Below are positions 37,527 through 55,497 of a DNA stretch of 64,000 nucleotides, piece by piece. The notes beneath the pieces are model-generated. The model was not told the origin of the DNA. It made no database searches and saw only the letters and a list, made by a program, of their open reading frames with translations. The translations under genes were made by a program, and so were the position numbers. The stretch is from Octopus sinensis (Eukaryota): assembly GCF_006345805.1 (NCBI RefSeq), contig NC_042997.1:68138001-68202000 (forward strand), in the 5' to 3' direction. The stretch's first letter is position 1; every line of letters starts with the position of its first letter.

Positions 37527-38227
37527 AATAGTTATCGCCATACTAATATGGCATTCTTATAAAAATAAGAAAAAAGCTGTCCGCTTATTAGCTCCATGAG
37601 GCCATCGCCTTAAGTTAGCTATTTGATACAAAACTGTATCCATATAACCTTCGAACAAGGGAGGTCAGTCGCTCCACACTACTTGACCGGCAGCTACAGA
37701 CGCGTTCGGAGAGTATTGCCCCTTTTCAATGCAGCGTAGCCAGCCAGTAGGTGTCGCTTCCGACAATCTCTGTTCGATGGTTTTATTTACCTAGTTAGTT
37801 TCGGTGGAATACATCCACTTTTTTCAATAATAGAAATATTAAAATAACTAAGTCTCTCTCTAAAAGAGAACAGCGGCAGCGTCCCGCGAAAATAATAGTT
37901 ATCGCCATACTAATATGGCATTCTTATAAAAATAAGAAAAAAGCCGTCCGCTTATTAGCTCCATGAGGCCATCGCCTTAAGTTAGCTATTTGATACACAA
38001 ACTGTATCCATATAACCTTCGAACAAGGGAGGTCAGTCGCTCCACACTACTTGACCGGCAGCTACAGACGCGTTTCGGAGTATTGCCCCTTTTCATGGAG
38101 CTAATAAGCGGACAGCTTTTTCTTATTTTTATAAGAATGCCATATTAGTATGGCGATAACTATTATTTTCCGGGAACGCTGCCGCTGTTCTCTTTTAGAG
38201 AGAACTTAGTTATTTAATATTTCTATT
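37527..38227. mobile_element. Hammerhead-containing monomer, locus 2 (about 1.5 tandem units plus inverted partial unit)
   Basis: Same sequence as 25988; AGTTATCGCC at 37530 and 37897 (period 367); strand switch at ~38095; (TA)n flanks. Confidence 0.85.
37693..37735 (-). ncRNA. Damaged hammerhead motif
   Basis: Minus strand GCTGCA-TTGAAAA-GGGG CAATA CTCTCC-GAA-CGCGTC-TGTAGC; one A of GAAA missing and stem II disturbed. Confidence 0.5.
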
Positions 38228-38260
<33 letters not shown>

Positions 38261-38313
38261 ATATTTCGGAATGGTTATTGCCATTAGACAATCTGCACAA
38301 CAAATATTAAACG

Positions 38314-38350
<37 letters not shown>

Positions 38351-38369
38351 ATGGGTGTGTTCCTTCTCG

Positions 38370-38475
38370 AGCCATGCCAGACTCAAGACCATAACGCCTT
38401 CGCCCGGTCCAGGAATCGAAACCACAACCATACGATCATGAGTTCAACAGTCTAACCACCAAGCCACGCGCCTCC
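38370..38475 (-). mobile_element. SINE family C tRNA-like head
   Basis: Minus strand GGAGGCGCGTGGCTTGGTGGTTAGACTGTTGAACTCATGATCGTATGGTTGTGGTTTCGATTCCTGGACCGGGCG (A- and B-box-like). Confidence 0.75.
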
Positions 38476-38546
38476 ACACACACACACACACACGCACACA
38501 CACACTACACACACCACACCACACACACACACACACACACACACAC

Positions 38547-38579
<33 letters not shown>

Positions 38580-38681
38580 CACGCACACACACACATACAC
38601 ACACACACACAACACACCACACACGCACACACACATACACACCACACACCACACACACACACACACACCACACACACACAA

Positions 38682-38714
<33 letters not shown>

Positions 38715-38849
38715 CACACACACACACCACACACACACAGAGAAACACACATATAGATATGTATAATTTGCGTTTCGATAAAAGAGACCAATAGAATAAG
38801 TACTAAGCTTACAAAGAATACGTCGTGGGGTCTATTTGTCTTTTTTTTT

Positions 38850-38985
38850 ATGTTCTGAGTTAAAATTCCAGAGTGGCCGACTCTGCTTTAAGCCTTTCAG
38901 GGTTGATAAAATGAGTACCAGTTTAACACTGGAGTCAATGTAAAACCGATCTTGCTGACCTCGTGCCAAAATTTGAGACCAATGT
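38850..38985 (+). mobile_element. SINE family B, decayed
   Basis: CTGAGTTAAAATTCCAGAGTGGCCGACTCTGCTTTAAGCCTTTCAGGGTTGATAAAATGAGTACCAG. Confidence 0.65.
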
Positions 38986-39214
38986 TTATTTTCAGGTGTT
39001 TCTTGTACTGTTGTAAAACACATGTAACATGTAATTAAAAATGTACCAAATCTTCCAGTCTTTGTTTTAATACTTATTTGCATCTGTTTGTGTATGTATT
39101 TATGTCTGTCCCCTATTAAACATTTATGTATGTACCGTTTATCTCTATAGTTTCTTTTGTCTATTTTGTCAGTATACACTTATACACACATATATATCTA
39201 CACATTTTCGATCG

Positions 39215-39302
<88 letters not shown>

Positions 39303-39303
39303 G

Positions 39304-39358
<55 letters not shown>

Positions 39359-39405
39359 CTCTCTCTTTCCCTGTATATATATCTGTTTGTCTCTCTGTCT
39401 ACTTG

Positions 39406-39459
<54 letters not shown>

Positions 39460-39462
39460 ATA

Positions 39463-39876
39463 GGCGCAGGAGTGGTTGTGTGGTAAGTAGCTTGCTAACC
39501 AGCCACATGGTTCCTGGTTCAGTCCCACTGCGTGGCATCTTGGGCAAGCGTCTTCTGCTATAGCCTCGGGCCGACCAAGGCCTTGTGAGTGGATTTGATA
39601 GACGGAAACTGAAAGAAGCCTGTCGTATATATATATATGTATGTATGTGTGTATGTGGGTGTATATTTGGGTGTTTGTGTTTGTCCCTCTAGCATTGCTT
39701 GACAACCCGAATTGGTGTGTTTACGTCCCGTCACTTAGCGGTTCGGCAAAAGAGACCGATAGATAAAGTACTGGGCTTACAAAGAATAAGTCCGGGGTCG
39801 ATTTGCTCGACTAAAGGCGGTTGCTCCAGCATGGCCACAGTCAAATGACTGAAAAACAAGTGAAAGAGAGTAAAAG
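39463..39876 (+). mobile_element. SINE family A, near full length
   Basis: GGCGCAGGAGTGGTTGTGTGGTAAG head, GGTTCAGTCCC B-box-like, internal TA/TG tract, GAGTAAAAGA tail. Confidence 0.92.
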
Positions 39877-40168
39877 ATATATATATATATATATATTATA
39901 GATATATATATATATATATTCATTATACATAGTCTGTTTTTCCGTCCTTGTTTCGTATAACATTCGATGCTTTTTTCCTAGGAATCTAATGCTCTTAGCT
40001 TAGTTTGGAGCAATCTCATGATTAATCAGCCGAAATTGCGAGGATGATCCGGTTCTCGAATGACCGTCCGTGTTTTTTGTATCATATCTGGATGTTTTGT
40101 TGTCCCTTTTTGTATCACCTAATTGTGCGGATGTTTTGCGTTCTTGTTCCCTTTTTTTTTGTATTATA

Positions 40169-40223
<55 letters not shown>

Positions 40224-40250
40224 TATATATATATATATATATATATATAT

Positions 40251-40665
40251 CTATACAATATGTACATTACTCCATATTAAATTCTTCTGTATGTGAGAGT
40301 CCTCAACCGATGTTAGGCGATAATCCAAAAAAGGGCGTTATTAGCTCTTAGTTGAGAATAACGTCGTCCGGATGGTGATTTATTGATAAAAACGGTAAGA
40401 TAACAAAAGAAGGAGACCTCAATATTACGTAAATAGAGGAAATTTAACTATACAATATGTTACATTACTCCATATTTCTTCTATTTACATAATATTGATG
40501 TCTCTTTCTTTCTTTTGTTATCTTACCGTTTTATCAATATATATATATATATATATAATATATATTTATCTATACAATATGTTACATTACTCCATATTTC
40601 CTCTATTTACATAATATTGAGGTCTCTTTCTTTCTTTTGTTATCTTACCGTTTTATCAATATATA
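40251..40665. repeat. ~197-bp monomer in tandem plus inverted arrangement inside (TA)n
   Basis: CTATACAATATGT(T)ACATTACTCCATATT at ~40251, ~40448 and ~40570; segment ~40383-40442 reappears reverse-complemented after 40478 and 40600. Confidence 0.75.
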
Positions 40666-41027
40666 TATATATTATATATATATATATAGATCAATAAATG
40701 GTGGAGTTGTGTTGACCGCACGTGGAGAAATAATAAGTAAGGAAAAATTTTTTTTTAAATGCAGAATGCTCAAATGAAAGAAAATTTTAATAAAATGAGA
40801 AATTGATAAAATATATAAATATATATTTATTCAAACGGTTTTCGTCATGTATGACTTGTCAAGAAATATTTATGTTTTTAAAAAGCTTTTTTAAAAATTA
40901 GAAAGGGGAAAAAAAGAAAATTGCATTGTTTTTTGCAAAAGAATAATGATAAAAATGTACAAAAATTAAAAAATAAGTACTCCGATACATTGTGTGTTCG
41001 TTGTGTATCTTGAGTTTTATGATTGTT

Positions 41028-41137
41028 CACGAAAAAATTACCTTGAGGTATTAAGATCCAAAGGGATTAAGAGCATGTGTTGTGTGGTTTAATTCAGCAT
41101 GTTGGCAGGACAAATACCTCAAGGTAATTTTTTCGTG
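41028..41137. repeat. Perfect 25-bp inverted repeat with 60-bp spacer (mini-MITE-like)
   Basis: CACGAAAAAATTACCTTGAGGTATT (41028-41052) and AATACCTCAAGGTAATTTTTTCGTG (41113-41137). Confidence 0.85.
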
Positions 41138-41149
41138 TGTGTATATGAT

Positions 41150-41468
41150 AATACAATTTCTAGAACTAGATACAGAGCGCTCGACCGAAATCCAACATGT
41201 ATAAAGCTCCACAATTATATTTGTGTATCGTTCAAATGCCTTCACTTTGGCGCGCTGAGATCGGAATTACTCTGCAGTTTATATATATTATAATATATAG
41301 TAATATATATATATAATATATATCTATATATATATATAAACTGCAGGGTAATTTCCGATCTCAGCGCGCCAAAGTGAAGGCATTTGAACGATACACAAAT
41401 ATAATTTGTGAGCTTATACATGTTGGATTTCGGTCGAGCGCTCTGTATCTAGTTCTAGAAATTGTATT
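41150..41468. repeat. ~135-bp near-perfect inverted repeat around a TA-rich spacer
   Basis: AATACAATTTCTAGAACTAG...CTGCAGTTTATA and its reverse complement, with only a few mismatches or indels. Confidence 0.92.
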
Positions 41469-41711
41469 TCGTAAACGACAGACTACGCTGACGATCTTGC
41501 AGATGTTTACGTAAATATTAACAAGTGAAACTAATTAGTACGTAGGTAATAGTTTTTTATTTCGTATATTTTCATTTGTCTTACTTATTTTTAAACTTTG
41601 GTTTTTTGCTGAATTTTTTCTTGAGAAGACATTCTTCGTGGTAAATGATGAGTTTGACGTCTATTTCTAGCATACAGGCTGTCCACTATTAGTTGCCATT
41701 CCTCTAAATTT

Positions 41712-41753
<42 letters not shown>

Positions 41754-41767
41754 ACTATTTTTTTTAC

Positions 41768-44700
41768 TGTGATAAAATTGATAGCGTGGTTTCGATCTTC
41801 AATAGTCAAATTTAACTTCAATATCAATTTTATCACAGTAAAACAATAGTTTTACTGTGACAAAAGAGTGACAGCAGTTACATTTGCCAGATGCCTTCGT
41901 CACTTGACACTTCCAATCTCTTCTATTTCACCAAAAGCTCGAATAGAGATAACAGGTACAACCAACGAAATCTATTGTTCTCAACAATATGTCTCTCCTT
42001 CTGACTAGTTTTGGATAGTTATAAAAACAAGAACTCTGTAAGCCAAAGTCCCCTCTGTGTCATGGCCTGTATGCCGAATAAAAGAAATTAGTGAGATCGA
42101 CCATCCGTGTGTGTGAATGGACAACTAGGGTCATGGCCACAAGCAGGCAGTCACTAGAGACCAAACGGCCCGAGGAAAAAAAAAGTTACAATCACCGACT
42201 ATGCAAGACAACTTCCCTCGATTCTCTCACTTTCACTAACTCACTTTCTTTTCTTTGTAACATTACGATCTCTCTCTATATATATACTACTATGAGATCG
42301 TGTACACACCTCAGCCGAAATTAACACTTTTTAATTCGCATGCTTTTCCATTTACTAATTATACATACCAACCCGTCGTGGTTTTGGATTTATATAAAGT
42401 AACGGTAAATAAAAATTTCTTTACAACTTCAATTACTGTTCATCTTTCATGTCTTACTACATACCGTTCCAATAAATCTTTGCTGTTACAAACTGGTGAC
42501 CCTCGACTTCAACTAAAAGCATTACCATTACCAACTGTTGAGCCTGAGTTAAAGAATTCCAGCCTTCACCTTCGCATGAACAATTGTCACATCCATCGAT
42601 TACACTGGTGACCCCGTCTAAAAGAATTTCTACTTCGTTCTAATGCTACATGCCGCTGAATTTTGCTGACTTCAAACTAAAAAACTACAGTCGTCATACC
42701 AACAGAGGAAAAGAATGACAACCTTTGTCACCACGGAGATGCGCCTTCGTTCCACTTGTTTCAGTTCGCGTAACAGAAAGCACTATACTGCAATGCAATC
42801 TACGATGTACTTCACTACAATGCAACCCAGCTGACACACAAAGAATTCGCTGACCATGGAACCCCAATTTAACTGGAAGAAAATACGGAAGCCCGCACAT
42901 CTAACCTCTTCGGCACACACATGCATTTCGTCTCGTTCCAACGTACAGACCCTGCTTTGTCCTCGAACTTTTGCACGTATATATGACTCTCAGCAACTCT
43001 TCTTCTTTGCATGCACATCTTTTCACTTTCAACTATTTTCAGCTAAATTTGTCATTTTTGCTTATTTTATTCTGTTCTATTTGCACTGTACACTTTCATT
43101 TGTTTGCAAGTTACACATATTCTACGATGCACAGATTCTGCGACGACTCGTTTCACTAAAACAACTAAACTAATGTGCGTATCTTTTTGAATGTTCTATA
43201 TTATTATTCATACTTTGCATGTACTTTTTTTTTCTTCGTTTACCTTGAAAATGTTTGTATTGTTACATACACACACGCATGAACCTTTCCTCAGCGCCTG
43301 GCCTTGCGCACGCATTTGCACACATTGTTCACACACACATATATGCTGACGCTGTCACATTCATGCACCACACTATGCCTTTCTCACTTGTTTTTCATAC
43401 TCCCTGCGCCCTTATAGACACAACTCGCCTCTGTAAGACCATAGGTCGGTCACGCATACATAGAGAAAACGCGCCAGCATGCCACACTTTTGCTCTTGCA
43501 CGTTCAAGGCATTTAATACCGCAAGCATCGGCTGGCATATTCAGCACTGCCTTAATCACTGGCATATTCAGCACTGTTTTGTTATCGCTGCACTAACATA
43601 CTACCGCAGCCATAAGCCCTTTTGCACACACGCGCACGCGCACCTTTGTTATGCCTCTACAGCCTTGTTTTTCAACACGTCTGTGGCAGCTCAACTCTTT
43701 TCCCGACTCGATGCACGTCGAATGTTCACATGCTCTGCGCTCATTTTTAGAATAATTTCCCTCTGTTAGATCCCTGTTTAATCACGTAATGAATGGAGAA
43801 AATTACCTGACTCGCGCATCACTCCAGCATGCTACACTGTCGTTCTTGTTAACTTCAGAAATTAACCACGACAAAAGCGCCAGATGCATTTCTGAAAAAT
43901 CTTCAAGGCATTTCACACATTGCAATCCTGCAGGAAAATCTTCGATATCATAGATTGAGAATACACTCACTCGCTCACCTGAGCTTATTTTACAGTGAAT
44001 TTTGATACGTGCACCTGCACTCGTGTATACGCCCTCTCGTGCACTAACGCGCTAACTCATTTTCCCTACTGCCCAGTCACTGACTGCACATCCTGGAACG
44101 CAAAGTGACACCGGTATTCAGACTCACTTGAATAAATATCTATCCCGTACACACTTCAATGATCCTCTCTCGTGAGAGGATCCTTAACCATGTATTTCTT
44201 TCTCTTCCTCTCTCGTTCGTTTCCTTTTCTCGGAACTTCTCTGGGCGGGGGTGGGGTGATGTCGTGGCTTCATGCAGGCATAGCGTGGATCCAATCCTCG
44301 ATAGCGAAATTTCACTTAACATTTCAACAGCACTATTCTCCCTGTAAAATAATAGTTTTTCTGTGAGTGACAGCAGTTACATTTGCCAAATGTAAGAAGC
44401 AATAGCAACACTTCGCTAAGCAGAATAATGTCCACTTGACACTTCTAACTTCTTCTGTTTCACCAAAAGTTAGAATAGAGATAACAGGTACGACTAACGA
44501 AATCTATTGTTCTCAACAGTATGTCTCTGCTTTTGACTAGTTTTGGATAGTTATAAAAACAAGAACTCAGTAAGCCAAAGTCAGTTAGTGAGTCCCCTCT
44601 GTGTCATTGGCCTGTATGCCGAATAAAAGAAATTAGTTCGTGAGAGCGACCATCAGTGAGTGCGAACGGGCAACTAGGGTCATGGCCACAAACAGGCTGC

Positions 44701-44973
44701 CACTAGAGACCAAACGGCCTGAGGAAAAGAGAAAGTTTCTCTGTAACATTACCATATCACTCTCTATATACTACTATGATATTGTTTACAGACCCCAGTT
44801 GAAATTAACTCTTTTTACTTCGCATGCTTTTCCATTTACTAACTATGCATACCAATCAGTCGTTGTTTTGGAGTTATATAAAGTAAAGTTATATAAAAAT
44901 ATCTTTACAACTTCAATTACTGTTCATCTTTCACATCTTACAACATACAGGTGCAATAAATCTTTGCCTTACA
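41768..44973 (+). mobile_element. Decayed LTR retroelement without recognisable pol (LTRs ~41768-42490 and ~44260-44973)
   Basis: Two ~720-bp direct repeats starting TGT and ending AATAAATCTTTGC..TTACA; PBS TGGTGACCC at 42494 (again at 42606); G-rich PPT-like GGGCGGGGGTGGGGTGA before 44260. Confidence 0.85.
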
Positions 44974-45159
44974 CACACCACACACACAACCCCACAACAC
45001 ACCCACACACACACACACACACAACACATATCACACATATATATATATAGATATATACATAAACCTTACTTGAAAAGGATGCGTGGCGTTCGATCATATA
45101 ATAATTAAATAATAGATAAATATATGCATATATACATAATATATGTACATACCTACATA

Positions 45160-45243
<84 letters not shown>

Positions 45244-45280
45244 ATATATATGTATATATATATATAATATATACCAATAT

Positions 45281-45580
45281 GGGTACAGGACATAAAAAAA
45301 ACGTTGAACACAATGAGAAACGAAAACATAAAAACAAAACGTAGAAACGAACATCTTTTCGAACAACGAAAAAAAAAAAACCCCAGAGAAACGAGACATG
45401 CAACAAAGAATATTCCTCTTCATCAGTTGTCCCTGTTTCATCTACTCCACGTTTTGGAGGCAAGAACAAGACGCGACTGAATTGAAACAGTTCTTCCCGC
45501 AAAGCAAATTAGATAAAATTTGGAATTTTTTGCGGAGGGTGAAAGTGGTAACAAGAACAGGACAGTGAGAACAAAACAGT
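45281..45580. repeat. Unclassified ~310-bp dispersed repeat, copy 2
   Basis: Colinear with 27161-27470. Confidence 0.8.
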
Positions 45581-45617
45581 ATATGTATATGTATGTATGC
45601 ATCGATCTATCTCTCTG

Positions 45618-45702
<85 letters not shown>

Positions 45703-45854
45703 GTATTGTATTTTGAGTTTCAGCCAGAGGCTGTGGTCAAGCTGGGCTACCGCTGAAACCAAGTGATTGGGAAACTAACTCCTTACATATATACGTATAT
45801 GTGCTACAGTGTGCATGTGAGTGTATGTACGAATACACATGTGTGTATGTGTGT

Positions 45855-45899
<45 letters not shown>

Positions 45900-45901
<2 letters not shown>

Positions 45902-46346
45902 GTAAATCTTTGAGTATAGTCCGCCCTTGTGTATAAACACACCCTTCTCTAACTTGAGTCAAAGAGGTCTATATAACGTCCTTGGTTTGTAAAAATGTAT
46001 ACGGTAACGTCCTTTATTATTATTATATATATAACCATAATGCAAACGTGTAGCATTTTTGTGCATTCTTTGTTTGCAGAAAATAAAAATAACAGTAATA
46101 ACGTTTATAAATAAATGTTGCTTACTGCAAGTTATGGATGATTCTTTATGACTTCATTGCTTTCAGGCATAGCTTAAGGTATTTTCGCGCCGACATCACG
46201 AATGCGTCTGAATAAACATTGCCGGACAGCAAGTAGAGACTCGGACATTGCTTGAAAATAATTTTCATGTTTAACCTCGTGTATAATACGCACTAGGGAT
46301 TTTGACCTTTAAATTTTCGGAAAAAAAATGCGGGTTTACTCGAGGT

Positions 46347-46350
<4 letters not shown>
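45900..46350. mobile_element. pogo/Tigger-like MITE in (TA)n
   Basis: Left TA|CCGTAAATCTTTGAGTATAGTCCGC; degenerate right end GCGGGTTTACTCGAGGTTAAA. Confidence 0.5.
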
Positions 46351-46403
<53 letters not shown>

Positions 46404-46435
46404 TTTATTTAAAAGCAGCAGAAAATTCAACAAAT

Positions 46436-46472
46436 CTGTTACTCTGAGTTCTCGTTGCCGTTCATCAGACAG
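46436..46472 (-). ncRNA. Degenerate type I hammerhead motif of a second family
   Basis: Minus strand CTGT-CTGATGA-ACG GCAA CG A-GAA-CTC A GAG-TA-ACAG; differs from a canonical fold by a missing A in GAAA and one stem II mismatch. Confidence 0.55.
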
Positions 46473-46989
46473 TTTTTGCCTAGAATGGAACCAATATATC
46501 AATTCAATCCAGACTCTTACAAACGCGACACCTTTTAAAAAAATGGACTTGTTTGATTGGCCCTTTAGAAATAACGGTCAATCTTCAAGCGATAAACAAA
46601 AAATGAGCTCAAAAATATATGTATATATATATAAAATAAATTATAAAAATTATAAAATTCGAGGAAAACCTTACATTGAATAAAATACATATTGACGTTA
46701 ATGAAGAAAAAAATCTATGGAAATTAAAACTTATTATAAATATTACACTGCAATACATATTCATATTAAAGTGTACATATATATATCAACATACACAGAA
46801 GAATGCGTGCAAACTCCATACATATACAGACGTATAAATATAAATCTAAAATATACACACAAATGCATGCATACATATATGTACGCAATCTATCTTGCAC
46901 ACAAGTTAAAATCATCGATGTAGCGTTTTTTTATTTACGGAGTAAAGCTTAAATAAGGGAGACGTAAAGTTGTATCAGTATCAGTTATA

Positions 46990-47285
46990 GAAGAACCTTG
47001 AAGGTTAGCTATTCTTGTTGCAGAAATTTCGCCTCTTACATTAGCCAGCATAATAGGAATCTGATTGAGATTAGACATGGTGCCGAGCCCATTAAGAAAT
47101 GGAATTTCAAAAACGAAAACTCCTGTCCGTTAGAAGGGAAATGTCTAGTGAAAGGAGTAGTTTATAGAGAGCCAAGTGCAAATAGAAGGCTCATCGGAAT
47201 ACAAGACATATACAGGGGCTTCAGAAAATCATTAAAACACGATGTATCACATGGTGTTAAATTGATGGTAATTAAATTATAATAT
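46990..47285 (+). pseudogene. Penelope-like element relic (region leading into the GIY-YIG endonuclease)
   Basis: TLKVSYSCCRNFASYISQHNRNL...NENSCPLEGKCLVKGVVY, matching the SYSC..HN..CPL.G.CL..VY signature of Penelope-like elements. Confidence 0.75.
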
Positions 47286-47316
47286 AGCAATTTTTCACCT
47301 CATTTAATATATATAT

Positions 47317-47717
47317 ACTCTTTTACTCTTTTACTTGTTTCAGTTATTTTGACTGCGGCCATGTGGAGCACCGCCTTCTTTTTTTTTAATCGAGCAACTC
47401 CGGACTTATTCTTTTGTAAGCCCAGTATTATTCTATCGGTCTCTTTTGCCGAACCGCTAAGTAACGAGGACATAAAACACCACCAGCATTGGTGTCAAGC
47501 AATGCTATGGGGACAAACACAGACACACAAAACACAACATGCATATATATACATATATACGACGGGTCTTTCATTTCCGCCTACCAAATCCACTCACAGG
47601 CTTTGGTCGGCCCAAGGCTATAGTAGAAGACACTTGCCCAAGGTGTCACGCAGTGGTACTGAACCCGGAACCATGTGGTTGGTAAAAAGCTACTTACCAC
47701 ACACCACTCCTGCGCCT
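47317..47717 (-). mobile_element. SINE family A, near full length
   Basis: Reverse complement of 39463-39876 from TACTCTTTTACTCTTTTAC to CACTCCTGCGCC. Confidence 0.92.
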
Positions 47718-48352
47718 GTATATATAATATGTATATATATATAATATATTATATATATAATATATATATATATCTGCGGGTATATGCATATATGTATGAT
47801 ACACATCTCATCCAAACACACTTACACATACATATGTCCATTTAGCTTATAGAGAAGAGGAAGTACTCAAGGGAATAAATAATCTGAGATATTCTTGGCT
47901 ATCGCTTATCTCCCTCATTATCTCTTCCTCCCTCCCTCACTCCCTCCCACATACACTCACTTACTCACTCACTCACTCTCTCTCGCTTTCTCTCCCACAC
48001 TCGCGCGTGCGTATACACGCACGCACACATACATGCATACACATACCCCCACCGTCCATGTAAGAAATGCGTGTGTGTGTGTGTGTGCGTTCAATATATG
48101 AGGGTGTATTACGCATTCATCTCTGATGTGTATGTTTGAGGTTCCACCTTGCCCACGATGCAAAGTCGATATTAAAAGAGGATGCAGGCCGATGCTGTTG
48201 TGCGAAACGATGATGTTGCCGGTGAGCTCTACTATACGCACATACGCACTCGAACGAACACACACATACACACACACACACACATTCTCACACAAATGCA
48301 CACACACACAGACACTCACATACATGCTCACATATTTATATTTATACGCATA

Positions 48353-48539
48353 TACGAAGGCGTGCTGAAAAGTTCCTGGTTTTGGTTCAAAGAAAATACA
48401 GGAGGGTTGCTTTATTATGATTTTATTCAACATCTTCACCTCTCAGATTCACTCATTTATTGCAGCTGTCCTTCAGTTTTTCTAAGACCTGTAAAAGAAC
48501 TTTGAAGGTTGGGCTTCCAGCCAGGCCTTTCGCGATACA

Positions 48540-48540
<1 letters not shown>
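48353..48540. mobile_element. Mariner-type MITE end
   Basis: TA|CGAAGGCGTGCTGAAAAGTTCCTGG resembles mariner TIRs; the other end is not seen. Confidence 0.5.
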
Positions 48541-54620
<6,080 letters not shown>

Positions 54621-55312
54621 CCTTCACGCTTATTAATGCATGTGTATATGTATGTTCATTGCAAATATTACATCGAAAGAAATCGCTTTAATTTTAGTAG
54701 GCAACTGTAAAAGACAAGGGTTTGGCTGACCTTTGTTGTTGTTTAACTACTAACCAACCCCACCTGATGTATCAAACCTATTTTATTTTTAATATCTCAC
54801 ACTTTTTCGGGCGCAGTCTATTTTTGAAGTGTCGTTTCGAAAGCAGTGGGTATGATCTAATGTAGAATTTTGCAGCTATATCTAGCAGGTTATGCGACAG
54901 CGTAGCTGCGTCTTCCGTCATCACTGGGTAGTTTGACGTTTGCGTTGTTTAGAAAACGCTTTTGTATATTAGAATGGAGACTATATATTCAAATGTATAG
55001 TATTCATACGAAATCTTTTAGAAACAAAATGAAAAACAGTGACGGTCATTCGTTCACCAAATATATTTCTCCCTTCTCTCCTTCTGTATTTCAGTTCTGG
55101 GTTATACTGTACATTCATTCATTCTTATACGGTTCCTGTAGCATATTCGTGTTATTTTTTCCTATATGGAGAGGTTGCTAGTTTCTTCTTGCCCAGCACT
55201 TTTCAATTTCTGGAGAGGGGCAGTACGAGTGGTCTCCCCACAGTTGAACATAGCCGATTCATATCGGTCTGTCTGGCTGTCTGGGTGGATGGATGGATGG
55301 CAGACTTGCAGG

Positions 55313-55481
<169 letters not shown>

Positions 55482-55497
55482 AACTTATGTGTGCGTA

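Noticed and set aside
38370-38475. tRNA gene (also heads at 34988, 39463, 60811, 62175)
   Set aside because: A/B-box-like heads run straight into SINE bodies and I could not fold a complete cloverleaf.
42694-44000. gag or integrase fragments inside the LTR element (e.g. CRSC*LQK near 43820)
   Set aside because: Similarity is too short and broken to support without a translated search.
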